NCBI GenBank assembly: GCA_965287045.1
Contig: OZ336893.1
Coordinates: 21,700,001 to 21,764,000 of the forward strand
Origin: Carcharhinus amblyrhynchos
Taxonomy: Eukaryota
Direction of reading: 5' to 3'
Length of the DNA: 64,000 bases
The notes under the pieces were generated by a model. The model was not told the origin of the DNA. It did not search any database and saw only the letters and a list, made by a program, of their open reading frames with translations. Positions 23,131-36,189 of the stretch are shown piece by piece; positions within the stretch are counted from its first letter, which is position 1; each line of letters opens with the position of its first letter. Position numbers and translations under genes: made by a program.

Positions 23131-25054
23131 GTCAAACCGCAGTTTCTGCTTTTCAGGTCATTTGATTACTTCACCAGAACCTGCTTATAGTTATGAGTAA
23201 TTCCTGCACAGCCTGATGTATCCCAGAAATGGGAATGGAAACTCAACTGCTATTGCAAAGCTAGTTCCACAATAATCATCTGTATTTATACTTCAGGCCT
23301 GGCAACTTCTATTGAATGAAGTGTCCATGATGGCTGCTGTTTCCAATAGGCCATATAAAACGGCTTTTGGGTTTGTATCTATGCAATATAACTCTGATTA
23401 GCGTACATGAATTGATGAACACATCAGCTTTCTTTCATGGACAGGGAAGAAATATAGAATAATTCCCCCTTCTTCCCACATCTCTAACCACAGCAGGATG
23501 TATTTCTGAGATGCAGAGCTTTAACCCCTCCAGTGCTATGATATTTAAGAACTGGCGCAAAATAATCTTTCTGGAGATGTAACATGCATTTAGATTACTA
23601 AAACGGTAAAACAGAAATAAGTGGCTTCCATACAGTTTATAGGAAGAGGTTTGAAAAAGCTGCAAGCCTGCTGCATTCTCTCCTGGTTCCTTGAAGACAA
23701 AGGGAGGTTGGAAGTTTCTGACTTTTTAGTCTAAATTGCGATGGAGCTTCTGTGATGAAGAGCTATATTCTTACAGACAAAATGAATGAGCACCTTTTCA
23801 TTCTCTGAGCTGATCTGCAGGCAGGGTTCTTCCTTTTTGAGGACTAGGATCCCTTTCCACGTGGTCTTCCTGCTTTCTAGGATTAATTGACTTTTGACCA
23901 TTCAAAAAAAAAATCAGCTACACAATATTTAAAGAAATGTCAATGATGGAGCGACAGTTATAAAAGGATTTTCATTGTAAACTGCTTGGTGACCACTATG
24001 TCAGCTTTCTATTGTCCACATGTTCTGGTCATGAACATTTTCCCACTTCTCTTTGAGCATCTCCATTATCCCAACAGGTTTCACGGACATATGATGTGAC
24101 TGTAACAGTTTTGATAGTTATAGGTGGGAAGGAGAGGAATAAGTGGATGACTTTGATCTGAACTCCAATGCCTGCGGTTCAGGCTGTGTGGAGGGAATTA
24201 AAGTTCCTCCTATTGTTTCTTCAAATGTACTATTATCCTTCTGATCTAATTTGTTAATGTTACATCCCTCATTTCCTAAAAATCCCAGCTTTTACTGATA
24301 CTCTGTCCAGCACAATGTCCAATATCTATTCCTCTCACGTGAACGGAGACAGTGAGCAACGACCAGCTATTCGAATATGAGGATGTCAATAAATCCAATC
24401 TTGCCTTAATTTGTTCACACAATCACTTCTTTTCTAGCAGGGGTCACTGGACAGCATTCTGAACTAGGAGCCTTAACTGCTTTTCCTTCCTTTAGCCTGA
24501 GGCACAGAGTCTAGTGGTAGCACCTGGACTGTTGCTCCTAACTCAACCCAGGCTGTGGAATCCTGACACTTGGGTCTGCAACAGTCGACTGAACTCTCCA
24601 GTGTAAATTACCTGACTAGAATGTAAAAATGCCTTTGAACTACGATTTCACTGCTTTATTATAGTTTATAGATACTTCAGTCTTTTAATTTGCAAGAAAT
24701 TAGTGATGGTTGCTTCTCTGTCTCAGACGAACAGAATTTGTTACAGCTTGTGACGATGTAATTCCACACAGATTTGTTTGCGTGCAAAGGTACTTTGATG
24801 ACTAATTAACAAATATGTGTCATTTACTTTTATAGTAGCCTGGCTCTTCTCAGATCGCTTGTTTTGGTTAATCTTGTTTCCATTTGGCAATACTGTATGT
24901 CTTGCTTCCTGTTACATCTTGAAAACATTCCTGTAAAATCATAGACTGAGGTTGAGTATTGATGGTGTGGCTTAACTTCAGACAACTTCCTTAGGATCGC
25001 AATGCGCTAAACTACCACTATATTACGCTTACAGTTTTGAGTCATACTGATTCA

Positions 25055-25310
25055 TGCACTTCAGTGCAGCATTGAAGGATTAGGATGGGGAGGAGTGCAT
25101 TGTTACAGATACCGTACTTTGTACCAAGGTACTGCCTTAAATTCAGATGAACATTACAGATCCCATGGTGGCATTGGAAGAATTTGGAATTCTCCAGGAG
25201 TTCTGGCTAATTTTCCTAATATAACTAAAAGGGGAATAAGTAGATGATAAACAAGTCATTTACCTTATTGCTCTTTGTGGAACCTTGCTGAATGCAAAAT
25301 GATTGCCTTG
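25055..25310 (+). mobile_element. DeuSINE relic, target of the large CR1 insertion
   Basis: agatcccatgg...ttctccaggagttctggctaa...attgctctttgtggaaccttgctg; appears to resume after 27551. Confidence 0.55.
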
Positions 25311-27551
25311 TAAGAAAGAACAAAGAACATAAGAACATAAGAACATAAGAAATAGGAGCAGGAGTAGGCCATCTAGCCCTTCGAGCCTGCCCCGCCATTC
25401 AATAAGATCATGGCTGATCTGTCGTGGCTCAGTTCCACTTTCCCGCCCTCTCCCCATAACCCTTAATCCCTTCTCTTATCAAAAACCCATCAACCCGCTT
25501 CTTAAAAATATTTAGCGAGGCAGCCTCCACCACTTCAACGGGCAGAGAATTCCAGAGATTCACCACCCTTTGAGTGAAGAAGTTCCTCCTCAACTCCGTT
25601 CTAAACCGCCTCCCCTTTATCTTGAGGCTGTGCCCCCTAGTCCTACTGTCTTTTTTGAGCGGGAAGAGTCTCTCCACCTCTATCCTATCCATCCCATTCA
25701 TCATCTTATACGTCTCAATGAGATCTCCCCTCATTCTTCTAAACTCTAACGAGTACAAGCCTAGTTTATTCAGCCTCTCCTCATAGCTCAATCCCCTCAA
25801 CTCCGGTATCAGCCTAGTAAACCTCCTCTGCACTCCCTCCAGGGCCAAAATATCCTTGCGCAGGTGCGGCGCCCAAAACTGCACACAGTACTCCAGCTGC
25901 GGCCTCACCAATGCCCTATACAGCTGCAGCAAGACCTCCCTACTTTTATATTCAATCCCCCTCGCTATGAAGGCCAGCATCCCATTCGCCTTCCTGACCA
26001 CCTGCTGCACCTGCAAGCTGGGTTTTTGCGATTCATGCACAAGGACCCCGAGGTCCCTCTGCACCGTCGCCTGCTGCAGTTTTTCGCCACGTAAGTAATA
26101 GTCCTTCCTACCATTCTTCCTACCAAAGTGGACCACCTCACACTTGCCAACATTAAATTCCATTTGCCATTTCCTGGCCCATTCGCCCAGCCTATCTAGA
26201 TCCTTCTGCAGACTCTCCACACCCTCCGCACAATTTGCCGTTCCCCCAATCTTGGTGTCATCAGCAAATTTCGACACCCTGCACTCGGTTCCCTCCTCCA
26301 GATCATCTATATAAATGGTAAATAGCTGAGGCCCCAGCACCGACCCCTGGGGCACCCCACTAGTCACCATCCGCCAATCCGAATAGCACCCATTGACCCC
26401 CACTCTCTGCCTCCTATTTGACAACCAATCCTCTATCCACGCTAACACCCTACCCCCAACTCCATGTCCCCTGACCTTCTGCAATAACCTCTTGTGAGGT
26501 ACCTTGTCAAACGCCTTCTGAAAATCCAGAAAGACCACATCCACCGGCTCTCCTCTATCCACTGCCCTAGACACATCCTCATAGAACTCCAGTAAATTTG
26601 TCAGACACGACTTCCCTTTAATGAAACCGTGTTGCGTCCGCCCTATCAAGCAATTCCCTTCAAGATGCCTCGCAATTTCCTGCTTAATGATGGATTCTAA
26701 CATTTTACCTACCACAGACGTTAAACTAACCGGCCTATAATTCCCCGCCTTTTAAACAACGGCGTAACATTAGCCGTTTTCCAATCTTCCGGCACTTCCC
26801 CGGAATCCAGCGACGTCTGGAAAATAACCACCAAGGCATCCACTATCACCTCCGCCATTTCTTTCAGAACCCTCGGATGCATTCCATCCGGTCCTGGGGA
26901 CTTGTCCACAATCAGCCCCTCCAGTCTGTCGAGCACCACCTCTCTAGTAACAGTAATGTCATTAAGACCCTCCATTCCTACCACCTTTCCATCGCTAACA
27001 CCCGGCAAATTATTCACGTCCTCCTCCGTGAAGACAGAAACAAAAAAGTTATTCAAGACCTTCGCCATATCCCCATCCCCTACCACTAGCTCCCCTTTCT
27101 CATCCTCTAAAGGACCAACGTTCACCCTAGCCAGCCTCTTCCTTTTTATATATTTATAAAAACTCTTGCTATCCTTTTTTATATTAAGTGCTAGCCCAGC
27201 CTCATAGCTTCTCCTACCCTCCTTTATCAACTTCTTTGTCAATCTTTGTTGACATTTAAACCTTTCCCAATCCTCTTCTCGCCCACTGCTCTTAGCTACT
27301 CTAAATTCCTCCGCTTTTAATTTAACACTTTCCTTCACCTCCTTCGTTATCCACGGCTTATTACCTCTCTTCCTACTGTCCTTTTTAACCATCGGAATAA
27401 ATTTCTGCTGAGCACCAAGAAAGATCTCCTTAAAGATCCTCCACTGCTCCTCAGCAGACCTACCTTCCAACACATTCCCCCAGTCCACATTCGCCAATTC
27501 TTCTCTCATCCTACCATACTCCCCTCTATTCAAACAAACGACGCGTGTCCC
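25311..27551 (-). mobile_element. Young 5'-truncated CR1 (HER1-like) LINE, ~2.2 kb
   Basis: Near-intact ORF2 3' half, CpGs retained, (TTCTTATG)n tail. Confidence 0.97.
25429..27533 (-). pseudogene. CR1 ORF2 reverse transcriptase, 5'-truncated, one frameshifting deletion near 26745
   Basis: ORFs 26721-27533 (KSPGPDGMHP, WKTANVTPLFK) and 25429-26715 ([27 protein letters not shown]); part of the KKG..GNYRP segment is missing; no endonuclease domain. Confidence 0.93.
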
Positions 27552-27605
27552 TGTTTTTACATTGGCTCAAACATTTTGAGGAAGGGACAATCAAGTACTT
27601 TTGAA

Positions 27606-27817
27606 GCAAAAACAGAAAATGCTGGACAAACTCAGCAGGTCTGACAGTGTCTGTGGAGAGAGAATAGAATCAACATTTCAAATCTGGATGAGGATCATCC
27701 GTGCTCGAAAGGTTGGCTCTATTCTCTCTCTACAGATGTTGTCAGATTTTCTGAGTTCCTCCAGCATTTTCTGTTCTTGTTTCAGATTCCAGCATTTGCA
27801 GTATTTTGCCTTCATCT
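27606..27817. mobile_element. Penelope-derived palindrome (second PLE family) with target duplication
   Basis: Arms ~27606-27677 and ~27705-27780 are inverted; central ctggatga...cgaaa is a degenerate hammerhead core; flanked by aagtacttttgaa / aagtactttgaa. Confidence 0.8.
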
Positions 27818-28175
27818 AAGTACTTTGAAAGTGCAAGTTAAGAAAATCCAGCAGGCAATTTGTGCACAGCAAGATCCCATGAACAGCAATGAGGTAAGAC
27901 TGGGTAATCTGTTTGAATGCATCAGCTGAGGGATAAGTGTTGCTCAGGACAACCACCTGTTTTTCTTCAAAAAAACACACAGAACTTTGTTTTATGTCCT
28001 CCCAAAGGAACAGACATTGCCACTGTTTAACACCTCACCCAAAAGCGGCGCGTCCAACAAAGCAGCACTCTCTCACTTATTGCACCAATGTGCCAGCCTG
28101 GGCGATGAACTCCAGCGCCTGGAGTGGGAATTCAATCTGTTTATTTCAGAGGTGGGGCTGACTACTGAATCAAGT
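27818..28175 (-). mobile_element. DeuSINE
   Basis: caatttgtgcacagcaagatccca..aacagcaatgag, gagggataa...gcagcactctctca...ctggagtggga. Confidence 0.7.
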
Positions 28176-29124
28176 CTGACATACTTTGGGATGTTTGAAG
28201 GATGCAACAGAGTGCTATACAACTGCACAAAAATGTTTCTTATTTCTTTCCTTGCCATAATTTTCAGACAAGCAGCCTCAGTTTATTTAGAAAAAAAACT
28301 AAGGGCTTACAAAGGCAAAGCAGATTTTACTAAAATTCATTTCAGATCTGACGTTTAGCAGACGTTAACTCTGATCAGGGTAAATACAGAGCTTAGAATA
28401 TTGTTTTAATTCTTAGTTATAAACTACAGAAATAGGAAGCAATTTGGGAATATATCACGTTTCTTCTGCTACTCTTGGCTTGTAGGATAGCATTATGCAG
28501 AGACTGATTTGTACCACTGATTTGACAGATGACTTATTTCTCTGCTTTCAACCCTTGGACAATAACTTGTAACATCAGGCAAAGCACACTGGGGTAGAGC
28601 ACCTGCTTGGGAGAAATCGATGAGTGGGTACAAATTTCACTGAACATTTATCATTTTTGGAACTGATTTTTTTACTCAAGTTTCTGTTCAAGTTTAATTC
28701 CATATGATCGAGAATAAAATCCTTCCTGAACAAATACATGTTGGTGTTCATGTGCAACTAGAGCTTATCAGAATGTAATTTTTAAACAATTGTGTTAAAA
28801 AAAGGTTCCTTGATATGTTGAAGAGTGGTTACATGGTACAGTTTGATTAATAAAGCTGGAAATGGCCTTACTGTACAATAGTGCACAATAGTGAATTTCT
28901 CAGTCTTTTTTTAATCTTTGCAAGCTTTTTAAAAACAGTTTAATTGTTAAAGGTTTCTTGACTCACAAACAGGTATAATTCACCAATGATTAACTCAATC
29001 AGGGGTGTGACCAGTTTTGTGAGTGGGGCCAGGCTCCAGGATTTTTTTTAGACTAGCGTCTAAATGTTATGGAAACTCTTATTTGCCTGAGTTGTTTAAC
29101 CTTTAGAACTGGTTTGACTTGGTT

Positions 29125-29940
29125 TCTTCTTTCTTGATGTAAGTGTCGTTAGCCAGGCCTGCATTTGTTGTTCATCCCTAATTGCCTATAAGAAGGTGGT
29201 GGTGAGGCACCTTTTTGAACCACTGCAGTTCACCTGATGTAGGAGCACCCATAATGCTGTTAGCAAGGGAATTCCAGGACTTTGACATGGAGATGGTGAA
29301 TGAATGGGGACATAGTTCCAAGTCAGGATGGTGTATGGACTGGGGGGAGGGGTGGGGCGGACTTGCAGGTGCAGGTGTTCCGCAGCATCTGCTGAACTCC
29401 ACTTTCTATGTTGTAAAGAATGTGAATTTGGAAGGTTCTGTCAATGGAAGCTTGGTGAGTTGCTGTTGTGGGTACACACTGCTGCTACATGGGTTGCTGG
29501 TGGAGGAAAAGCATGCTTAAGTGGCTTGCTTTGTTCAGGATGGTGCAGAACTTGAGTGATGTTGGAGCTTCACACATCCAGGCAAGTGGAAAGTATTCCT
29601 TCATACTTACGTTTTGTAGATGCGGGACAGGCTTTGAGCGGGTCAGGAGATGAGTTAGCCACCATAGAATACACAGCATCTGTAACCACAGTGTTTATTT
29701 GATTGATCCAGTTAGGTTTCTGGTAACCCCCAGCATGTTGATAGTGGGGGATACAGCCACAGTAATGCCTTTGAATGTCAAGGGGAGATGGTTAGTTGTC
29801 TCTTGTCGTTGCCTGCTACTCACGTGGTGCGAATGTTACTTGCCAATTATTGAACGCTGTGCAGATCTTGCTGCATGTGGATGATGACTGCTTCAATATC
29901 TGACAAGATGTGAATGAACATTGTACAATCAGCAAATAAC
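29125..29940 (-). mobile_element. Second CR1/L2-group LINE family fragment
   Basis: Minus strand VSMKEYFPLAWMCEAPTSLKF.TI.NKA and SKSWNSLANSIMG; same tail as 19795-19870. Confidence 0.75.
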
Positions 29941-30050
29941 TAATTATGGCCAAACCCTGGAGGCTCCTTACCCCACTGTTTGTAAAAATAAATTCCCAGG
30001 ACTGAAAAAGATTTTAAAAAGGAACATTTTTTTCCCCCCAGCATTGAAGT

Positions 30051-30379
30051 TAAGAACATAAGAACTAGGAGCAGGAGTAGGCCATCTGGCCCCTTGAGCT
30101 TGAGATTCATTAAGATCATGGCTGATCTTTTCATGGACTCAACTCCACTTACCTGCCCGCTCACGACAATCCTTAATTCCTTTATTGTTCAAAAATTTAT
30201 CTATCCTTGCCTTAAAAACATTTAATGAGGTAGCCTCAACTACTTCACTGGGCAGGGAATTCCACAGATTGACAACCCTTTGGGTGAAGAAATTCCTCCT
30301 CAACTCAGTCCTAAATCTGCTCCCGCTTATTTTGAGGGCATGTCCCCTAGTTCTAATTTCACCTGTCAGTGGAAACAAC
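30051..30379 (-). mobile_element. CR1 3' fragment
   Basis: RTRGHALKI...RNFFTQRVVNLWNSLP (ORF 30139-30393) plus taagaacataag tail. Confidence 0.92.
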
Positions 30380-33084
30380 TGAATTGAACCCATTTGGGGG
30401 AGTCTTTGTGCTTCTCATTATCTTTGCCCCTTTAGTCATAAACTTGAGGCAGAAGTTTATTTTGTAAACAGGTATTTTTGCTTTAAATTCCTTCCTTGTT
30501 CTCCCAGGCAAACTTCTTCATGTTCCATAGACTGCATTTTCAAAACCTAAAGGCTACCTCAAAAATCAAGTATGAGGTTATGACATTTAAATACATGACT
30601 TAAAACTGTAAGCTAATGGTAATGCTGACACCAGAATCTTCCTTGTGGATTGATACCAATTGTCGAAGGACTGTAACAAAGACATGAGCGCAAAACCTTT
30701 CCCATTGTGTTCAGGAAAGCTCTCAGCGAAATGACCGTTTCCTCTGGCTTTTCTTTGATAGTGAGAAATAGAGGAACTCCAGAAGCTATTTTAAAGAAAT
30801 ATGTGTGCGTAAAGAAAGGCTTGTAAATCTTTGAAGGCCGGTGTGCTCAAAGGGTTAAGTGATTCCTCTCACTAACACAATTTTTCAGCAAACCCGTTAC
30901 TCACTTTACAAAAATCAACTGGGCTAATGTGACCATTCCTGACAAATCCCTCTGTTGGGTGCAGTTTTTTCAATTATTGTTCAGGGGGTCCCCGACACGA
31001 CAAGCAGCACGCCACACTGATCAAATTCACAGTTTCGCAACACACAATATGCCGAAACTTGTCTGTTTAAAAAAAAGTTGTTAGAGAGATATTCAAAAGG
31101 TTGGCAGAGTTGTGCATAATATTTGCACAGAACATTTGACAAACGCGTGACAGGCAATTAGAGTAATCTGCTCTTCAGCAGTCTTTTGTGTGTGAGGAGT
31201 TGCAGGGCCCAAGCTGTGAACCCTCCAGGCCTAACCTTCTAATCATCATCTGTCTGTGTTATTACCCTGCTAAACTCGGCCTGGTTTTAAATAAAATATG
31301 CAAAGGTTTCTCAAATTATTACCTGAGGCAAAAGGATTTTTGCTTTTTTTGTGCATGTTAATCTGCGAAATGCAAATTCCTATCATCTTCCAGACTGAGC
31401 TTTATTAACTTTTTAAATTTAAAATTTTAAGAGCAATGAATTCTGTTATCTTTTTGCATTTTTTTCATTTGCAGAAAAACATTTTTTTTTAAACCGATAG
31501 AATCACCCTGGGAAATAAGATTGAGTTTCTCTCAACACCTGGGTTTTAATCAGACTCTCTGCAATTATTCTGGGCAAATTAGGACTCGACTCTGCTCTGG
31601 AGCAGCACAGGGCTGCTACAGTAACAAAAGGTTATTTTGATACAGTTCAGAAATTAACTCATTCAGCGTTTGGTAGCCTCTTGTACAGCAATAGCTTTAA
31701 TTAACCCTTTGGTTATTGTGAATATCATTTGAGTGTACGTGTGTGTGTGTTTGTGAGTAAAACACCAACCCTTCCTGAGTGACTCAGTACAAAGTGCGAC
31801 GGATTGGTGTAGTCTATTAACAGCGAACACAGTGTCCCACTGTGAGACTGTGATATCAACAAGACACCTCAGTTTCTAAGAGCCAACAGTTAGGATGTGT
31901 CTACATTCATTCTAACATAGCAGGAAAACTCAAACTCAAATAGTACTTCGGTATCTAGACTCATCCCACAAACTAATATAGACTGGACAGCTCTATAAGA
32001 ATACCAGTTTTTTCCCTCAAAAGATTTGATTAAAATACACCTTAAATATTTGTATGTTTGTAAGTATTCATAAAGATTTACTTTAATAATTTCATATAGA
32101 ATAAAAAATTATGGGAAAGGATGGCGAGTGGCCCAGTTCACATTTTGCCCCCCGATATTCTCCCTGTTACTTTGAAGATAGTGATTCATGCTGAGGTTAA
32201 GTACACGGTTATGAAGCTCACAAGTAGTCATGATTTTGATATTTCACAACAGTCAGCAGTGCTCACTTTCATTGCCATTTTTCTTCCATTATGCTGCAGG
32301 CTTCAAGGCCAAGTGGAAACACAGGCTGAATGGATAATGGACCAACCAACCCACCTTTCAGAGCTTTGACATTAACTAGAGATCAGGGATGAGTCCTGGA
32401 TCATAATATCTAAATCTAAATGGATCCAAGACTGGGGATTTCAATTCATTTGGAGTTCTCAAAGTTTTTTTGCATTCGCCTTCTGATGACACGCGCTGAT
32501 GTGTCGAGGCAGCTTAGGGACATTTGAATACAGGTGCAACAACTCAAAAATCCTCGAGATATTTGGTAGCAAAATTGATAAACTGAGTGGAAATGGATGA
32601 AGTGAAATCTTCAGCTTACATCGGGAGATTGGAGGGAAGTGGAAGCCAAAATTTAGATTTTCCTGCTGTGTTTGAGACTATCCCAAGAATAGCACGGAGA
32701 CCAACTGCCAATCATCACCACTTTTGTTTTCATTTTCCCCCCTGGACCAGTTTTGACACCAAGACGACTGCCATTGAGGCCTCACAATAGCCCAATCCTC
32801 CTCCTCTGCACAGTCTGCAGTCTCATCCGCCTCTTCTGCTAGTTCTTTGACAAGATCAGTCCGTTACCTGCGATGTTCTTGATGATTTCTGTGGCTGTTC
32901 ATTGTGCATACAGGCGATCTGCCTGTGACAAGTGAACATATATAAAACCTGGTACTCCTGGTATCACTGCTTTATTTAATCAGCATTATTTCAATATCGA
33001 TTTGCCAACTGATATCCTCATTCTATAGGTGCGGAAGTCTGTGACTGGTGTGAATCACATCTAACCAAAAACCATCGGCTAAGA

Positions 33085-33740
33085 AAAGCTGCAATGTAGA
33101 ATTTATATAATCAATGCAAATATCCAAAGTTTAAGAGAATTTTGCACCTTCCATGACCTCAAGACATCTCAAAATGCTTCACAGCCAATTAAGAACATTT
33201 GATTTAGGGAAATGTGGTGGCCAGTATGTACACAGCAAGGTCACATAAACAGCAATGAGAGAATCATAGAATCCCTACAGTGCAGAAGGAGGCCATTCGG
33301 CCCATTGAGGCTGCACTGACAACAATCCCACCCATCCTCGTGACCCTACACATTTACTCTGTTAATCCCTCTGATACTAAGGGGCAATTTAGCATGGCCA
33401 ATCTTTGGACTGTGGGAGTAAACTGGGGCACTCGGTGGAAACCCACGCAGACACGGAGAGAATGTGCAAGCTCCACACAGACAGGAATTGAACCTGGATC
33501 GCTGGTGCTTTGAGGCAGCAGTGCTAACTACTGCAGCACCGTGCTGCTCATGGCACTGTTCAGAATAACCAGATAAGTGTTTTCATTTTGTATAGTGATA
33601 TGGGTCGAGACATACACATTGGCCAAGATATCAGGAAACTCCCCCATTCTTAGAATAGTGCCATGGGACATTAATATTACATCTGAAAGATGTCACGCCA
33701 ACACTGCAGCATCCCCTCAGTGCTGCATTGAATTGTTTAC
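33085..33740 (-). mobile_element. DeuSINE with a nested HE1 V-SINE (33260-33549, minus)
   Basis: cttcacagccaattaag...cacagcaag...cagcaatgaga, HE1 insert, then aatagtgccatggga...gcagcatcccctcagtgctgca. Confidence 0.75.
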
Positions 33741-34137
33741 CAAGAAAATATCATAAAATCGGCAATACTTCCTCAATTATATTATGTGCAAATTGATTTC
33801 TTACCCTACATTTCCTGAAAAAAAATTTTAGGGCTGCAATCTGTACATGATGACATTGGAAGCTGTAGATTTATATCCCTTAACTTGACACCTAATGTGT
33901 CAAATGCCTATTCCAATGCCAAGCTCAACAACGCAAGCACAAATCTCCCTGCTTCATGCTCATGACAATTTCTTTATCAACATGGGCAAATAGATGATTT
34001 ATTGGTAATGTGCTTATTATCACACAATACATGGAGCAAAATCAAAAACAAGTGAAGATCTGGCTGAACAATGCATGTTTCATCCCTCTCTATGTTCTTG
34101 ATCACTTGTACAACTGTTTAATTGCTAAAAATATATT

Positions 34138-34812
34138 GGTCAGAATTTTACTCTCCTCACCAGGTGGGTTTTTAGGATGGGGGCAAGGGATGAATTGAAT
34201 GAAATTGAAGGGGTGGGATTTCCTCCAGACACCTGCCCACTCCAAACACACAGCGATCCATCGATTTTATGCTGGGGAGGGCAAGGTATTGGACGGTAAG
34301 CTCGTCCTTGCTCCTATTGAGACACTTAAGGGCCATTTCCCAGCCAGCCTTGATTTTTAGGCTGGTGGGACGATTGAACTCATGTGTGGGACATGCAAAA
34401 GTCAACAGAGTTAGATCCTGAGCAAGAAGTGGGGAAGGGACCCTATATGGGAACCTCCCTTTGAAGTCATGCATTTCATTGTTAAAGTCTGGTCTCTGGA
34501 ACTCTCTACCCCCCCAGGTCTCTCCCCAAGACCTCGATCATCCCCCCTCATGGCCCCTACCCTACTCTCCCCACCCTGGGACCCTTTGAACTTACCTGGG
34601 CCTGTGATGCTTGGGTTCAGTCTCAAGTGTTTCTTTCCCTGTCCACTGCACCACTGTTGCGATAGAGACTAGAAATCTACTGACCAATCTCCAAGGTGGC
34701 ACTCCCTCCTGGGTAGAATGTCCAGCTTAACGCTCATTTGCGTGGGGAGATGTTGCCTGCCAATTCTTCAGATGACGGGAAGCAAGACCCTTCCAACTGA
34801 AATATTCAGGCC
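34138..34812. mobile_element. PIF/Harbinger-like non-autonomous element
   Basis: Ends ggtcagaatttt / aaatattcaggcc with att / aat flanks; internal cacttaagggcc motif is related to 50029-50055. Confidence 0.5.
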
Positions 34813-35547
34813 AATGGATTATTGGTTTTATTTAATTATTTAAATTTTAAAAAGCTGGAAATGAAATCCAGCTGAGGTAAGTTGCAATGAAGGAATACAA
34901 CATTTTCCAAATATGATAAGAACATAGAACCCTGTCTGTTCTGCTCCAAAACTATAGATTTTCATAACCTTAAAAGATTACCTTGCACTGCTTTAGGATG
35001 AGCCTTACATGTGGTTAGGATTGCAAATTTAAAGTAAAGTGTAAAGTGGACACTTTGTGATGTCCATTCGTGATCTGTAGATTAAAACCTGACCACCTTG
35101 ATGGAATGTGGGTGGGTGCGGTTGATGCACTTACCCTCCCTCATTTGTCGCTTACCAGTTGACTAGCATGGTAGGACCCCCCAACCCCAGCAGACAAGGG
35201 TCTCATGCACCTTAAAGTTATGGTCCTGTTCCAGCAGTGTTTTGCTTTCCAGTCTTGGGAGGCCTGGGAGTTGCCATTCCTGATGGGAGTCTGTGGAGTG
35301 GATGTAAGAGGCTAAGGTAAGTTGATAAAAATTGATTTTCTATGGAATCCTTGTGGGCCAGGAGGAGTATGTGTTTGCAGCAATATATCCTGAAGCACAG
35401 TTGTTATGTAGTCATTAAATAGCTGACAGGAAATGAGGCAGAGATCCCGACCCACTTGTTTTTAGTTTAATTTTTTATGGTCAGTTCCAGCGCAGTTGGA
35501 TTGGGGGCATCACATATCCCCTACCCTATCATTATGGCTCATCAAAG

Positions 35548-35722
35548 GGGTGGCACAGTGGCACAGTGATTAGCACTGCTGCTCACTGCGCCAGGGAGCC
35601 GGGTTCGATTCTCAGCTTGGGTCACTGCCTGTGTGAGTTTGCACATTCTCTCTGTTTCTGCATGGATTTCCTCCGGGTGCTCTGGTTTCCTCCCATGGTC
35701 TGACAGACATGCTGGTTAGGTA
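35548..35722 (+). mobile_element. V-SINE, 3'-truncated
   Basis: Head and V domain only. Confidence 0.85.
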
Positions 35723-36189
35723 AAAATCCATCAAGGCATTGCCAAGAGTTCTGCCTGAAACTGCAACAACATATTGCAAGCTGCAACAGTTAATTATCAA
35801 AAGTGAATGGATAAGCCTTTCTTTTGACTACCACATCTGACCACTACAAGAACAGTCTTGCCCACTTTGTCCTTCTTTCCATTCTTATTATGTCAATATC
35901 TACAGACTCTTCCCTGTGCATGTCCAAATCATGGCTACATTATCACCTGATCACATTTAGTACAAAACCAATTACAGCTTTTCACGTTAATAATTGTCTA
36001 TTCTTTGAAGTAGAGATAACTACTTTTGACGCTTTGAATGCTTTGTTAAAAACAATGGAAACAACACAATGGTGTACACAATCCTAAACCCATTCAAAAC
36101 TTCAAGTGTTCCAATAGGTAACCCATTGTGCCAACAGCAAATATTTCTGAATAGTTCATTATTTATGAGCTTAGCAACAGAAGGAATGG

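Noticed and set aside
25429-26715. Reverse transcriptase as a host gene or a novel RT system (retron, DGR)
   Set aside because: Plain CR1 ORF2 with the LINE 3' tail, 5' truncation, a frameshift and multiple near-identical copies.
32868-32922. Possible 55-nt minus-strand exon (cacag|GCAG...GCAG|gtaac)
   Set aside because: Splice-like ends but a weak pyrimidine tract, unrecognised peptide and no partner exons; RNA-seq would be needed.
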